Below, piece by piece: positions 1 through 13,194 of a DNA stretch of 64,000 nucleotides. The notes beneath the pieces are model-generated. The model ran no database searches. It had not been told where the DNA came from and worked only from the letters and a program-made list of their open reading frames with translations. Each line of letters begins with the position of its first letter. The stretch's first letter is position 1. The stretch is from Lama glama. Taxonomy: Eukaryota. The stretch is from contig CM052816.1 of the NCBI GenBank assembly GCA_028534125.1, positions 5,210,001 through 5,274,000 of the forward strand. The letters run 5' to 3'. The position numbers and the translations under genes were made by a program.

Positions 1-1202
1 CGGAACTTCTTCCCTAAGCATTTCCCTGGTCTAAGATGCGAGTCCATGCCTCCCCCTCAGGGGCCTGGCCCCACTTGAGACTCTGGGAGGCGGGCAAAAG
101 AAGGACTGAGGAGGCCACAGCTTGCCCCACTCCCTGGGACCAGAAGCAGAGATGCAGGAAGGACTCCAGCCCCAATGTTGGCAGTGTATTCTGTTTCCTG
201 CAGGCCCTGTTCCGGGGGACCTTCCCCTAGAGTTGCCAGTCCTCGTCCACTTCCCTTAATAGTTCGAAGCTGAAATGAGAGGTTCTGCCTCTACCCACTG
301 GGTAATCCCAGACAGGCCTTTCACCTCTCTGGGCCTCAGTTTCCCCAGCTCGGACCTTCCTGGCGTCCAGGAAAGGCTCTCCCAGTGGGCCTCCAGATGG
401 TAGCAGGGTCGCCATGGTGACAAGCTGACCTGCACCCAGAGGGCCCATGCAGGGTGATGGGGCCTTGGCGGGGCTGTTTATTGGGAGAGAGCCGGCGAGG
501 GAGGCCTGTGGAGGGAACGTGCTTTACCCACAGAAGCAGCCTGGGTCGGGTTGCGAGTCTGGTTAATGCCTCCCTGCATTAGGCCTGTCGCCTGTTGACA
601 GGATTTTTTGTTTAACTGGAGGCATAAGAAAACAATAACATCTGTCGGCATGAGGAACGCTGCAGCAGCCCTGTGGGGAGAGCTCTTAAGGAGGTGGGGA
701 GTCAGGAGGCTAAAGTCTGGGCTCTGCCACGTGAACTGGGTGACCCTGGGCAAGTGCCTTCTCCGTGGACCTCGGTCTTGCCGTCTGGCAATGAGCAGGC
801 TGCACCACAGCTGGCCAACTCCAAGTGCATTCCAAAGAGCATCTGCATCAGGGTTTCCCCAGGAGCCTGTTAAATTCAGATCACAGGCCTTGTCCCACTC
901 CACTGACCCAGGGTCTCTGGGGGAAGAGGCCCGTGAACCACTGTGTCCTGAATGTGACTTGGGAGGGCCTGCATCATGGGGCAAGAATGAGCACTGTGGT
1001 TCCCACATGTCAGCATGGGGTGTGGAACACAAGAAGGGTTAGCTGTCCTTATGAGCTGAAAGTCAAAAGGATATGCGTCAGAATGTTAATAGGTGGTAAT
1101 TCTAGTCATTTCAATTGTATCCTTTTTTCTGTTTGACTTTCCGGCACTTGCTGATTTTTCTATACTGAACATGTATAGCAGTGTAACAGACAAAAATAAT
1201 TA

Positions 1203-2625
1203 CAGACCAAAGAGGTGAAAGACTTATATGCTGATAACTATAAAACATTGATATAGGAAACTGAAGATGATTCAAAGAGATGGAAAGATATCCCATGCTC
1301 TTGGATGGGAAGAATTAATATTGTTAAAATGGCCATCCCACACTCAAAGCAATCTATAGATTTAATATGATCCCTATCAAATTACCCAAGATATTTTTCA
1401 CAGAACTAGAACAAATAATCCTAAAATGTATATGGAATCACAAAAGACCCAGAATTGTCAAAGCAATACTGAAGAAAAAGCATGAAGCTAGAGAAATAAC
1501 TCTCCCAGACTTCAGACAATACTACAGAGCTATAGTATTCAAAACAGCATGGTATTGACATAAAAACAGACATATGGATCAATGGAAAAGAAGAGAAAGC
1601 CTAGAAATAAACCCATACACCTGTGGTCAATTAATCTTCAACAAAGGAGTCAAGAATACACAATGGAGAAAAGACAGTCTCTTCTGCAAGTCATGTTGGG
1701 AAAGCTGGACAGTTCATGTGAATCAATGAAATTAGAACGCTTCATCACACCATACACAAAAATAAACTCAAAATGGCTTAAGGCTTAATTATAAGACATG
1801 GCACCATAAAGCTAGGAGAAAGCAGAGGTAAAACATTCTCTGGCATAAAGTGTAACAAAGTATTTTTTAGATCAGTCTCCTAAGGCAAAAGAAATAAAAG
1901 CAAAAATAAACAAATGGGACCTAATCAAATTAAAAGCTTTTGCACTGCAAAGGAAACTATGAACAAAATGAAAGGACAGCCTACGAATTTGGAGAAAATA
2001 TTCGCAGATGATGTGACTGAAAGGGCTTAATTCAAAATATACAAACAGCCCATACAGCTCAATTAAAAAAATGGGCAGAAGACCTAAATAGAGATTTCCC
2101 CAAGGAAGACATACAGATGGCCACTAGGCACATGAAAAAATGCTCAATATCACTAATTATCAGAGAAATGCAAATCAAAACTACAATGAGGTATCACCTC
2201 ACACCAGTCAGAATGGCCGTCATTCAAAAGTCCGCAAATGACACATGCTGGAGAGGTTGTGGAAAAAAGGGAACCCTCCTACACTGTTAGTGGGAATGTA
2301 AATTGGTGCAGCCTTAGTGAGTAATAGTATGTAGTCTCCTTAAAAAAAACTAGAAATAGGGTTATAGCAGTACTATTTAATAAAGCTGATGGGAAGGGAT
2401 AAATCAGGATTTTGAGATTTGCATATACTAACTACTATATATGAAACAGATAAACAATAGGGATATGCTACTGTATAGCACAGGGAATTATACCCATTAT
2501 CTTGTAACACACTATAATGAAAAAAGAATCAGAAAAAAGGATATAGGTAGATATGTATATATAACCAAATCGCTTTGCTGTACACCTGAAACTAACACAA
2601 TATTGTAAATCAACTATACTCCATG
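1203..2625 (+). mobile_element. 5'-truncated LINE-1 (degenerate ORF2 C-terminus plus 3' UTR)
   Basis: ORF fragments are typical of L1 ORF2 ([61 protein letters not shown]). The 3' end reads gctgtacacctgaaactaacacaatattgtaaatcaactatac. The 11-bp direct repeat aaaaataatta at 1192-1202 and 2626-2636 is a candidate TSD. Confidence 0.93.
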
Positions 2626-3487
2626 AAAAATAATTATGTGGAAAAATGAAATGTCTCTACAATTTGGGTTATAGTCAGTCTTCTTGGTAGGAACTCCTCT
2701 AATTGTATTTAATTTCTTTTTCTTGATCGTATGACTTTAAGCAGTGCAGGCTTACTAAAATAAGTAAAACAACAGAACACAAATGTAGGCACATGAGCAG
2801 TTGTTATCCAGCCCCTCAGCATCCCTACCCCTGGGGTCATCAATGTCAACAGGCTACGGGGAACACTCCACACTGTTCCTCTTTCTCATACACGAACACA
2901 TACACCCTGGTGTTCAGTCTCTTTGGGATTTGTGTTACTGTTGCTTTTACAGAAATCAGATCATCTTGTGCATGAGCTTGCCTGCAACATATTTTTCTCT
3001 CTTAACAATATTTCCTGGACATTGCTAGGAAAGAAAACCAGCTCTATTTCATTTCTTTTTAGATTTGCTTGATAAATATTTAATTTTCTTTCTTGCCTCT
3101 ACAAATGGAAATAAATGAAAATAAAAGCTCCTCTGAAACTGCAGAGTTCCAGTTTTAAGCTTTGAGCTGGATACAGTCCACACTCACACCCCTCCAGCCC
3201 CTGCTCCCACCTGCCTCCTTATCCCTCCCTGCATTGTTGCTGAACATGGACTCTTGCCCCACAAATCCCTACTCCTTCAAGAGCAGGAAGTGAGTCTTAA
3301 TCACCTGGGCTCAACTCACATTATGAAGTAAGACCTTCTTTCTAAATGAGCATCCAAAAGCAGTAATAGCCAAAGGCAGAAGTAGCTCCCCAAACCAGTC
3401 CCATCTCTGGGCTCTGGAGAGAGACTCTGCCAACCTGGGGAGAGGGCAGCTCTTGGTTCACACAATCATCGACCGAAGCCTTAACCC

Positions 3488-3680
3488 AGAGTTGCGAAAA
3501 GAGGCCACATCCAGCCACGGATGGGTTGAGTTTGGCCCAACCGGCATTAAAAATTGTGCTTTAAGTTGAAACCTTTAAAAATTGGGAAATTTCACGACCT
3601 GGATTCTTGCTTGTCTTGAAAAACGCCAGGATTTGGCTACTTTGGGCCTCAGTTTCCAAATGGTTGCAACCGGCCGACAC
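3488..3680. mobile_element. hAT-Charlie non-autonomous DNA transposon relic (MER102-like)
   Basis: Resembles the MER102 consensus: ttaaaaattgggaaatttcac..ggatt..cttgaaaaa..ggatttggc.act.tgggcc. Boundaries approximate. Confidence 0.55.
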
Positions 3681-3959
3681 TGAGTATTGCTGACCCTTTA
3701 AGACAGGGCACTGCCCTCCAGCTCGACACAGCCCCACGGGGTCCACTCTTGTCACCTGTGTCACATGCGTGGCTTCTGCAGGCCTGTAACACTCTGCAGG
3801 CCCTCGGAGGGATCCCTCCCAGGTCTGCCTGTGGGAAGGACAGAAGGCCTGAGAGGACACTGGGAGTCCCGGAAATGGTCCTTGCCATGGACCTCCTCTG
3901 GCCCTTCCCAGCCACCCCTCTGTGACAGGAAGTGACAAAGTGACAACACTAATTAACAA

Positions 3960-4165
3960 CAGTGACTGTTTACTGAGGGCCTACTACATCCTGGGGGCCA
4001 GGCTGACCACTTCACTTTCAGGACCTCCTGTAACCCCCTCTAACAATCCTATCTAGGAATCACAGTCTCCACTGATCTGATGAAGAAACTGGGGCTCCGA
4101 GAGCTTAGGTAACTTGTCCAATTGACACCATTACCGAGTGGCAGAGCTTGAATTCCAGCCTAACT
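3960..4165. mobile_element. MIR SINE
   Basis: MIR core: gatgaagaaactggggctccgagagcttaggtaacttgtcca...agtggcagagc. Confidence 0.75.
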
Positions 4166-4289
4166 CCAAAACCCAAGTGCGCTGCCCACTGTCTGGAGGA
4201 GCGATGATGCCTCCCCTACTTGCATGCTAACCTCACCCAGGGGAGGTGATGCAGGGCTGGGCTCCACACCCGCTTGCCCTTCCATGTGG

Positions 4290-4520
4290 AGACAACACAG
4301 AATGGTTAAAAGCAGGGCTTGGCTGTTAGACAGACCTGAGCTCAAAGCCCTGCTCCTGATAAAATAATTTACCTTCATGTAACCTAAGGCAAGTGAACCT
4401 CGCTGAGTCTCAGATTCCTTATATGTGAAATGGAAAAGATATTAACACCTGCCTCTTAGGATGGTTGGAGGATGGAGACAGTGCATTGACATGCTGTATC
4501 TGTACAGTTCTTGGTGGCGA
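4290..4520. mobile_element. MIR SINE (opposite orientation to the previous one)
   Basis: aatggttaaaagcagggcttgg...agacagacctgagctcaaa...ggcaagtgaacctcgctgagtctcag.ttcctt.tatgtgaaatgg. Confidence 0.75.
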
Positions 4521-4745
4521 GCAAAAGAAAGTGGGTCCGGCTAAAACGTGAGCAAAAGGGATAGACAGATGCGGAATACTCAGAATCCAAAGAAAAAGCA
4601 ACTCCACAAATCACAACGGTGGGAACCATAGACAACACTGTCAGGGAGCCACCACTGGACAAGTCAAGTTCTCACCTCTTCTTCACCCCCATCCTTATCT
4701 CAGCGTCCTAGGAGACTTGCCTGCCGTGGGTCACAATTCCTACCT

Positions 4746-5200
4746 GTGTTATATGCGAGGCTCCCTTAAAGTGGAGCTTGAGAAGTGGATTCTCCTGTGA
4801 CGTATTTGTTGAAAGAGTGCTGTCAGGAGGAGAGGCAGGCAGCGAAACAGGGTAGGGGAAGAAGCTGGTCAAAGATGAGGTTTCAGAAAGTCTAGTCTGC
4901 TCCCAAGGGCAGTTCTGAAGCTTGGATTACACCACGGAGCTTGTCCTCCCTTGAGGCCAGGGGGCTGGGTTTACCCTACATTAATCAGCCATTGACCACG
5001 GGCCACCCCCAGGGGGAGAGGCATAACCTGTAACCTCTCGGGCAGTTCCAGTTAATTCACCTGGGGGCAGTCCTCCGGAGAAGGAGGCAGCTGTGAGCCA
5101 TTAGCGTCCGATATTCAACGTTGGATATTTGCAGCACCAGGGAGAGGGTGCACCAGCCCAGAAAGGGAGCCTGAACAGGGCAGCAGAAGCATCTGCTATG
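4746..5200. mobile_element. ERVL-type solo LTR (LTR33/LTR16-like)
   Basis: About 450 bp starting tgtgtta and ending agcatctgctatg, with internal motifs recalling old ERVL LTRs. Family assigned from memory. Confidence 0.55.
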
Positions 5201-5958
5201 CTCCCCGTTACTGAATGCCCCAACAGCCCACACACAATGAGCCCGAGGTGATCACCTGAAAAGAAATCAGGACCTTCTTTGCAAAAGAAGGAGAAATGAA
5301 TACAGAAAGCTAAAGGGAAAGAGAAAAACTCACTGCACACGGCCAGCCCTGAGCCTGCCCCGTGTATAGGAAGCACCAAAGCAAGGTGATTATAAGTGTA
5401 ACAAGATGTTAAAATGGAAGTGACAGCTGAGAGGACAAAATATAATAGATGCCACATTCCAGAGCAAGGTACAAGCCCAAGATGGCAATTTAGAGAGAAG
5501 ATAAAAACTGGCTGTTCTCAATCCCTCACCCACACTGTGGGTGGATTTTGAAGGACTCGAAGTAGCTGAGGTTGAGGGGGAGATTTTTTAAGAGAGTGGC
5601 TGGTGTGTTGTGGATCCCCCTCCCCTCAAAAAAGAGTAATGGGGGACATTTGCCCTCCACCTCAAGATAAAAGAGTGGTGCTGTAAGTAACTACTCTTAA
5701 AGCTCAGAATGTGTCTCCTACATCTCGGTGGGCACAACAGGTTGCTACTTGACCCCCGCCTGTTCCAGTTTTTTTTTTTTTACTATGAATAATTTAGTTT
5801 TTATTCTCTTTTCTTCCCAATCTTCCTGACCTAGTCCTTTGTTATAATAAAGGAACAATCAATAAAAGAATGTTGAGACTTCCTTGTGGTTCATACCTAA
5901 AAGGAACTTCAGAAAAGAAGTACATTTAGACTGCCTGTGCCATTTAAAAGGCAACTTT

Positions 5959-6123
5959 CGCACAGGGAACTATATTCAATGGCTTGTAGTAACCTGTAAT
6001 GCGAAAGAATGTGTGTATATATGTGTGTGTGGATGTGTATAACTGAATCACCATGCTGCACACCAGAAACTAGTACAACATTGTAAATCAACTACACTTC
6101 GATTTTAAAACATAAAAAATAAA
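5959..6123 (+). mobile_element. Short LINE-1 3' end
   Basis: cacagggaactatattcaa...gctgcacaccagaaactagtacaacattgtaaatcaactacacttc plus an A-rich tail. Flanked by diverged direct repeats taaaaggcaacttt / taaagggcaaccttt. Confidence 0.88.
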
Positions 6124-8189
6124 TAAAGGGCAACCTTTGTGCTGGCCAGCTGCTTTGACTGTGGAACAGAGGAGCAGTGGCTGCACTGGGTAGCTCCATC
6201 TCAGAATTTACTGGCACAGGGGCTATGCCATCTCCGTAGACACACATGGGTCAGCTAGAGAGGGACCCGGCAGGTGCTTATTTCAGGATTTGTCTGTCAG
6301 GGACTCCTGGAGGGCAAGCCGATAGAAGCCGGAGGTCCTGAGTGTGCCTTGGGCTGAGGAAAGAGAGCCTCCAGCCGGTCAGAGGTATATTCTGTCAAGG
6401 ACCTGCAGGTGAGCAGCGCCAGAGACGGGGAGGGCAGAGGGGGTCTCAAAGGGTCCCAAGAGAGGCCCTGTGAGGGAGTCTGCCCCAGACACCCACCCCG
6501 TCCACAGCACCTAGACTCTCAGTTACCTCGACAGGACCCGTCCAGGACTCCCTTCCTCTATGGCCCCAAGCCTGGAGGGTCGGAGACCAAACTTGCAAAC
6601 TCAGAGCTGAGGGTAAGGCTCCCTCCCCCGACTACGGCTTCATCCAGACCTGCCTGCGAGCCCCCAGGCTGGAGGTGGGGGTCATGGGAAGAAGGCTCCA
6701 CTTTCAGCTCAGTGTGAAGATGTGACCCTTTTGGGTGACTGAACTGAGACTCTATTTAGGGACTGAAAGTGGTTGTGTGACTTTTTAGGATCTAAAATGA
6801 GCAGAAAACTATGGCTCTGCACAAGTTTTCATACAGAGGCAGAATCACTTGTCACCACAGAACAAACAAAAAGGGACCGAGGGGACAAAATTCAAGCTCC
6901 TTCCACATTAAAGCCTGTATGTTCCGTGAGTTCCAATAATGGTTTCTTGACAAAAGACACTGGAAGCGACATTTCAGCTATGTGGTCTTGGCAGACTGGG
7001 GCCTGAATATCAGGCCTGAAGGTCTCTCAGGAAAACCAGGCCCCGTCACGCTGGGATTGGGTGAGCCTGAGCCCAAGGTCGCCCTACTCTGTGAGACTTA
7101 GGTTCCACCCTGGGCTGAACAGCCCCAGATTTGCACAGTGCCACCTCCAAAGGGTCTAGTCCTTTAGACACATGTCACAGCCCTCAGGTGAGAGAAGGAA
7201 GTGTCCGAGCAGGCAAATGATTCGCTGAGGTCTCCAGGCTGGGTGGAAGAGGCCTTCTGGCCCGGTAGGCTCCTGACCCTGGATTTTCAAATTCTGGCCA
7301 CCACATGATGGCTCCCATGGTGCTGCTCTGACATCAGGGGCTGTAAGTGATGTCTGTGGGTTATGACAGGTGGGGTAGTGTGCTGGGGTGACACACAGGC
7401 TTCCCAGGGATGACACCAGGTATGCATAAATGAAACCGAAAGCCATGGGAAGGACCTTCCAGGTCTTGTTCTGGAACCGATGACCTGCCTAGAGCTGGAG
7501 GGTCTTAATCTCCCAGCACATTTACAGACTGGGAAACCGAGGCCCATATATAGCCAGGGACTTTAAGGGGCTCATTCTGGCTCAGGCATGGGTAGATCTA
7601 ATCCCTGCCCATCCTCTGGAGGGCACCAGGAGGAGATGCTTTGAGGGTGGAGAGAAAAACTCCAGCCAAGGCACCAAGCTAAAACTGGTTGCAGCAAAGC
7701 CAGAAAGAACTACAGGGCCTGGGAGGACCATGCAGAGTTTGCCAGAATTTCCTGGGTGGAATAATCACAGAATAGAGTGGGAGATCCTAGAGATGAGCTA
7801 GTTTAACCTCCTCATGTTTGCAGGTGGGGACACTGAGACTCCAAAAGGCAAGATGTGTTTCCCCCAAGGACATGCCATTAGCCACCTAAGCCAGCAGCCC
7901 AAGCTCAGATAGCAGGAATCCAGCGACCGGAATGGGTATTCAAAGATGTTAACTATATTTTCCAGGGACAACATGATATTCTGTAAGAACAGCCTTTCAA
8001 ATAGGCATATCTTGTGACACTTACAGGAATTTGTCATAATATGCATGCAAAGATATATGTAATAGAATGTTTTATTAATAATAATGATAACTATTATAAA
8101 AATTCCCAAGAATAGGGAGATTGGTTAAGTGAGTTATGATAGATCTGCTTGAATGCTATGCAATCTTTAAAATAAAAAATATCTTGTAG

Positions 8190-8342
8190 ATCAGGAGTTC
8201 TTAACCTGGGCTGCATGGATAGATTTCAGGGGACTGTGACCCTCCCACACTTGTGGGTGTGATATGGGAATGTGGATTTTTCTGGGAAGTGGAGCCACAG
8301 CTTGCTTCAAAGGGATCTGTGACCAAAATAGGTGAAAAACTA
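8190..8342. mobile_element. hAT-Charlie-type MITE relic
   Basis: Starts caggagttcttaacctggg and ends ggtgaaaaacta, which are imperfect Charlie-type terminal inverted repeats. Confidence 0.5.
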
Positions 8343-8817
8343 GTAGGACAGAAAAATATTGAAAAAACCTAAAAGGGTAGACAGCAGAGTATTAACAATT
8401 AGCAGCTTATGGCCAACCTTATTTTCTCTCTGCTCCCACTCAATTCCCCCTCCTGTGTCATTTCGAGAGGACTGTGAATAAGATAAGCACAATGTTACTG
8501 TCACATTTAAAACAAACAACTAACAAGAATACTTTCTTATCAAATATCCAGTAACATAAAGTAAATGATTTTCATTGACCAAAAGAAAAAAAAAAAGATA
8601 GGGGGAAAAACATCTCATAACCCATTGCTAAACAAGAAAAGTGAAACAGAGTAAGTTCTCTGGCCTCATTTTGAAAACCACGCACATCATAATGGTAACA
8701 GTTATTGGAAGTGGTAGAATTAAATGCTTTCTTCTCTTCCCCAAGCTCTCTGTATTACTTTTTTGTTCAATCTCCACCTTTTATTTTTATTTACTTATTT
8801 GTTTCTTTAAAATGAAG

Positions 8818-9100
8818 TATAGACTCACAGACAAAGAAAACAAATTTATGGTTAGCAGGCAGGAAAGAGGGGAGGGTGTAGCTAAGTTGGGTGTTCGGGA
8901 TTTACAGATACTCACTGCTACATATAAAATAGATAAACAACAAGGACCTACTGTACAGCACAGGGAACTACATTTGATACCTTGCAGTAGCTTATAATGA
9001 AAAAGAGTATGAAAAGGCACATTATATATGTATAAATGAATCACTATGCTGTACACCAGAAATGAACACAACATTGTATTACTTTTTGAATTAAAAAATA
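8818..9100 (+). mobile_element. LINE-1 3' UTR fragment
   Basis: agactcacagacaaagaaaacaaatttatggtt...aaaatagataaacaacaaggacctactgtacagcacagggaacta...gctgtacaccagaaa. Confidence 0.9.
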
Positions 9101-10110
9101 GAAGGAAAATTTAAAAAGTGGGCTTCTTCTTCTTTTTTTTTTTTTGAACAATTCCCATGTCATGTGTATTAAACTGCTGAAGGATGGTGTTAACACAACA
9201 GAGTAAGACAACCTGAGAAGTCAAAAGACTACAGCACAGGTTCTCATAATCCATCCCAGTCACTAAAAGGGTAGGCTTCTTTTTAAAAGTCGAAATCCTT
9301 TGATTCAGCAATCAAGTTTCAGGAGTTTATCCTGTTCCATCCTGAGATGCAGAAGACCCGGCTCCCAGAGAAATTTGGGTCTCGGCCCCAGTCTCCCAGG
9401 GAGGAGGCTGTGAAGGGAGATAGGAGGGTCCGACCAGCTTTCCCAGCCTTTTGAGAGGAAACGAAGCAGAGGCTCTGGAACATCTCTCAAGCTCTGGTCC
9501 CTGATGTCCTGCCACCTCCATCCTCTTACCTTCCCACTTTTATCAAGCCTCACACGTTTGGGGCACTTTGCTGCTGGACTTGACAGACCAAACGAAACAG
9601 AGGCGGGCGGCAGATAACCAGAGTCCTTTCTGGCCACACATAGGCCTGTTGGCTTGTTGGGCCTGGAAGAGAAGGCGTCTTGTTTCCCCAACACATTCCA
9701 CAGTCATGTCCCCCAGGCTGCTTGGCCTCCTGGCCAGATGCCCCCCAGCCCCCCAGGTCTTTCATGGTTGGGACAAAAAAGGAGTGAAAGACTTGACCTT
9801 GTTAGGATCTCTTTCCCAAAGTCTTCAGTCTCCATTTTGCTGTGTGACCTTGAGCAAGCCTCTCCCTTCTCTGGGCCTAGATTCCTGCCTCTGGACACGA
9901 AGACAGACCATTTCATCATTTCTGAGACATCCATCCTTCCTCCTGCCCACCTAACTCTTTGGTTCAGAGTTCTTACCTTTATCAGAAATAGGAAGTCGAT
10001 CCACCACACCTCTAAATGTCAGCTTGGAATTTCATGGCTGCTCAGGCCATGGTGCGAAGGCCAGTTGCTAAAGGTTTTTTTGGCAGGGAGTACATAAGAT
10101 AGACATTGTA

Positions 10111-10155
10111 GATGCAACATTGTAAACTGACTATACTTCAATAATAAAAAAAAAA
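10111..10155 (+). mobile_element. Minimal (~45 bp) LINE-1 3' terminus
   Basis: caacattgtaaactgactatacttcaataataaaaaaaaaa, flanked on both sides by acattgta (candidate TSD). Confidence 0.75.
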
Positions 10156-10769
10156 TACATTGTACCTCGAGCTCCAGTACACACACCCCCTTAAAGTGTA
10201 AGTTTCACGTAATAGCACTTCCCCTTCCTTAATGAGATGCTCTCTGATATTTTCCATTGTATTCTTCTTTTTCTTTTTTTTTTTTTCAATTTCTGATTGC
10301 AATCTCTGAAGGTATTTTCCCAGTCCGTGAAACAGACATCACTTGGACTTTGAAAAACACTGACGCACGCAGCTACGCTCCTATTCCTGACAAGGTAATA
10401 CCAGTCCAGACAAACACTGATGGATTCTCTCTATTTTTTTCCCAAATGGATTCTGTATTAACTATCTCAGTTATGGGGCTTCCCATACTTTAATGTGCAT
10501 ATGACTCCCTTGGAATTTTTTTAAAAATTCAGATACTGGTTCAGTAGGTCTGAGGCAAAGCTGAGATTTTGCATTTCTGACTAGCCTCCTAGGTGATTCT
10601 AAGGTTAGACAACAGATCCCTCAGACATCCATTTCGTTGATCTAACTGTTCTTACCAAAGGGACAGTTTTTGCCCCTCATGTCTTTTCTTCTCCTCTCCA
10701 TCCCTCTTTTCCCATCCTTTCATAAATGTGTTTGGAGAATCAGCAGGTTCAAAAAAATTACAACTCTGC

Positions 10770-10960
10770 CTCTTACCAGCAAGAGAACCTTGGACAAGTT
10801 GCTTAAATTCTCTGGGCCTCAGTTTCGTTATCTGAAAAATGGGAATAATAACTGCACTGTTTGAATAAAGTACTTTGGAGATAAGGAGATAATCCATGTA
10901 AAGTACTTAATACATTGCCTCCCGCGCTATGAATGCCAAACAAATGTCATTGTTGTTATT
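10770..10960. mobile_element. MIR SINE
   Basis: accttggacaagttgcttaaattctctgggcctcagtttcgttatctgaaaaatgggaataata. Confidence 0.8.
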
Positions 10961-12243
10961 TTTCTTGTTGCCAAAGGCGCCTTGGCACTTTTTCTTAATG
11001 ACTGTCTCCTGTCATAGGAGTTATATTTTTGGTTGTGTATTTAGCTTGGAGTAGGAATTATTTTTAAATTATACAATTATTACAAAATACAACAAATAAT
11101 ACATTTGGAAAATTGAGGAAAGGCAAAAATGTCATCCTTCATTTCAATGATTCCACCAACGATTGTTTTAGGGTGTCTTCTTTCATATGCCTATCTGATG
11201 GTTCCGGTTTTTAGTTGGCACCTGAGTGCATCTTTCTCTTTTATAAAACCCAATGAAGTCGCTCACTTGCATTTAGATGTTCATGCTATTTGTTTTGTCT
11301 TAAAAATAAAGCTTTTCTTATTTTGGGGAAAAAAAATCCCAGTATGTTTAATTTTATATCTTCCCCTTTTTCATTCACCATTACATCATATTCACCTTTT
11401 CCCTAAAAATCACTCTGTAAGTGTAAATGAGAGTGGGTGCAGAGTATGACTTCTGGAATCAAGGACTGGACGCAAACCTCATATCATTCCAATGAATTTG
11501 ATTGAGGTCTGACTCCATGCAGTGCTAGACCTGGTGATGGACACACGTCTTAGGACCATACAAACACTTAGACCTTCAGGACTGGATGATGGCTGGGGAG
11601 GATCCAGGGCCTGGGATCATATGAAGAGGGACACAGAGTTGTGATCAGAAAACATGACCTTCCTTATGAAGGGGGCAGCAAGAGACTTAACTAAGGTGGA
11701 GAATCTATTTTAGTTCTATTTTACTAATTTGAGTGAGACTTTATTTTTAAAATTCCATGTGCCAGCTCTCCTTCTAAAAGATTGTTCCTTCAACCTCACC
11801 TTCCTAAGCACCCACCCTGTGATGGAGCTGTACCGTGTGATTAACCTCTGGGTGATCATATCGCCAGAGGCATCTCCTCAGAATTGTCTGTATTAAGTAA
11901 GTTACCATTCATTCATTTATTCACTCAACAAACATTTACTGAGTAATTTCTATGTACAGGCACTGTGCTAAGTGCTGGGGATACGTTGCTGAGTAGAACA
12001 GTTTGGTTCCTCTCCTCGTGGGGTTGAATCATTATGATGAATCATCTCTTTAGATGTAATCTGTTGAACAAGTTGCTACTATTCAAACCCATGAACAGAT
12101 GAACCTAGGACTCTATGTAGCAGGAAGGATTCTTAGTATGTAATGTTTGTGGGTTAGGGAGTGAAACAGAGTTGCATTGTTTGGGTGGCAGGTTCATAGT
12201 CTTCTTTCATGAGAGTAAATTATTGTTAAAATACTATTGGAGA

Positions 12244-12678
12244 ACATTTTTCCAAAGAGGAAATGCAGATGGCCAACAGGCATATGAAAAGATGCTCAAC
12301 ATCACTAATGATCAGGGAAATGCAAATCAAAACCACAATGAGCTATCACCTCACACCTGTCAGACTGGCTCTTATCAAAAAGAACACAAAAAGCAAATGT
12401 AGGCGAGGATGTGGAGAAAAAGGAACCCTTGCACATTATTGGTAGGAATGTAAATTGGTGCAGCCTCTATGGAAAACAGAATGGAGTTTTCTCAAAAAAC
12501 TAAAAATAGAACTGCCATATGACCCAGCAATCCATTCATGGGTATATATCCAAAAAAAACCCAAAACCACTAATTTGGAAAGATATATGCACCAGTGCTC
12601 ATAGCAGCATTATTTACAATGGCCAAGACGGGGAAGCAACTAAATGTCCATCAGCAGATGAATGGATAAGAAGATGTG

Positions 12679-12729
<51 letters not shown>

Positions 12730-13125
12730 GAATACTACTCAGCCAATAAAAAGAATGAAATTTTGACATTTGCAGCAACATGGATGGACTTGGAGGAATT
12801 ATGCTAAATGAAATAAGTCAGACAGAGGAAGATAAATACTGTATGATATCACTTATATGTGGAATCAAACAAAATATAACAACTAGTGAATACAACACAA
12901 AAGAAGCAGACTCACAGATACAGAGAGTAAACTAGTGGTTACCAAGGGGGGAGGGAAAAAGGAAGAATGGGGTGGGGGAGTGAAAAGTACAAACTACTGG
13001 GTGTAAGATAAGCCCAAGGATGTGTTGTACAACACAGGGAATATAGCCAATATTCTGTAGTAACTACAAATGGAAAGTAACCTTTAAAATTGTATAAAAA
13101 ATAAAAAGCTTTTAAAATTAAAAAT
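12244..13125 (+). mobile_element. 5'-truncated LINE-1 (ORF2 end plus 3' UTR)
   Basis: [33 protein letters not shown] is an L1 ORF2 C-terminal motif. The 13-bp TSD atactattggaga is at 12231-12243 and 13126-13138. Confidence 0.95.
12681..12727. repeat. (AC)n microsatellite, ~23 perfect units, inside the L1
   Basis: Read directly. Confidence 0.98.
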
Positions 13126-13194
13126 ATACTATTGGAGATATAAAAGTATTTTTAGTATTTTAACTATACTTTTCTCCACCCCACAACATACATA

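Noticed and set aside
1367..1788. L1 ORF2-like ORFs as genes
   Set aside because: Fragmented by stops and frameshifts; a dead retrotransposon.
5250..5940. Purine-rich unique-looking stretch, possibly a processed pseudogene
   Set aside because: No recognisable protein, poly(A) tail or TSD. It needs a BLASTX/Dfam search.
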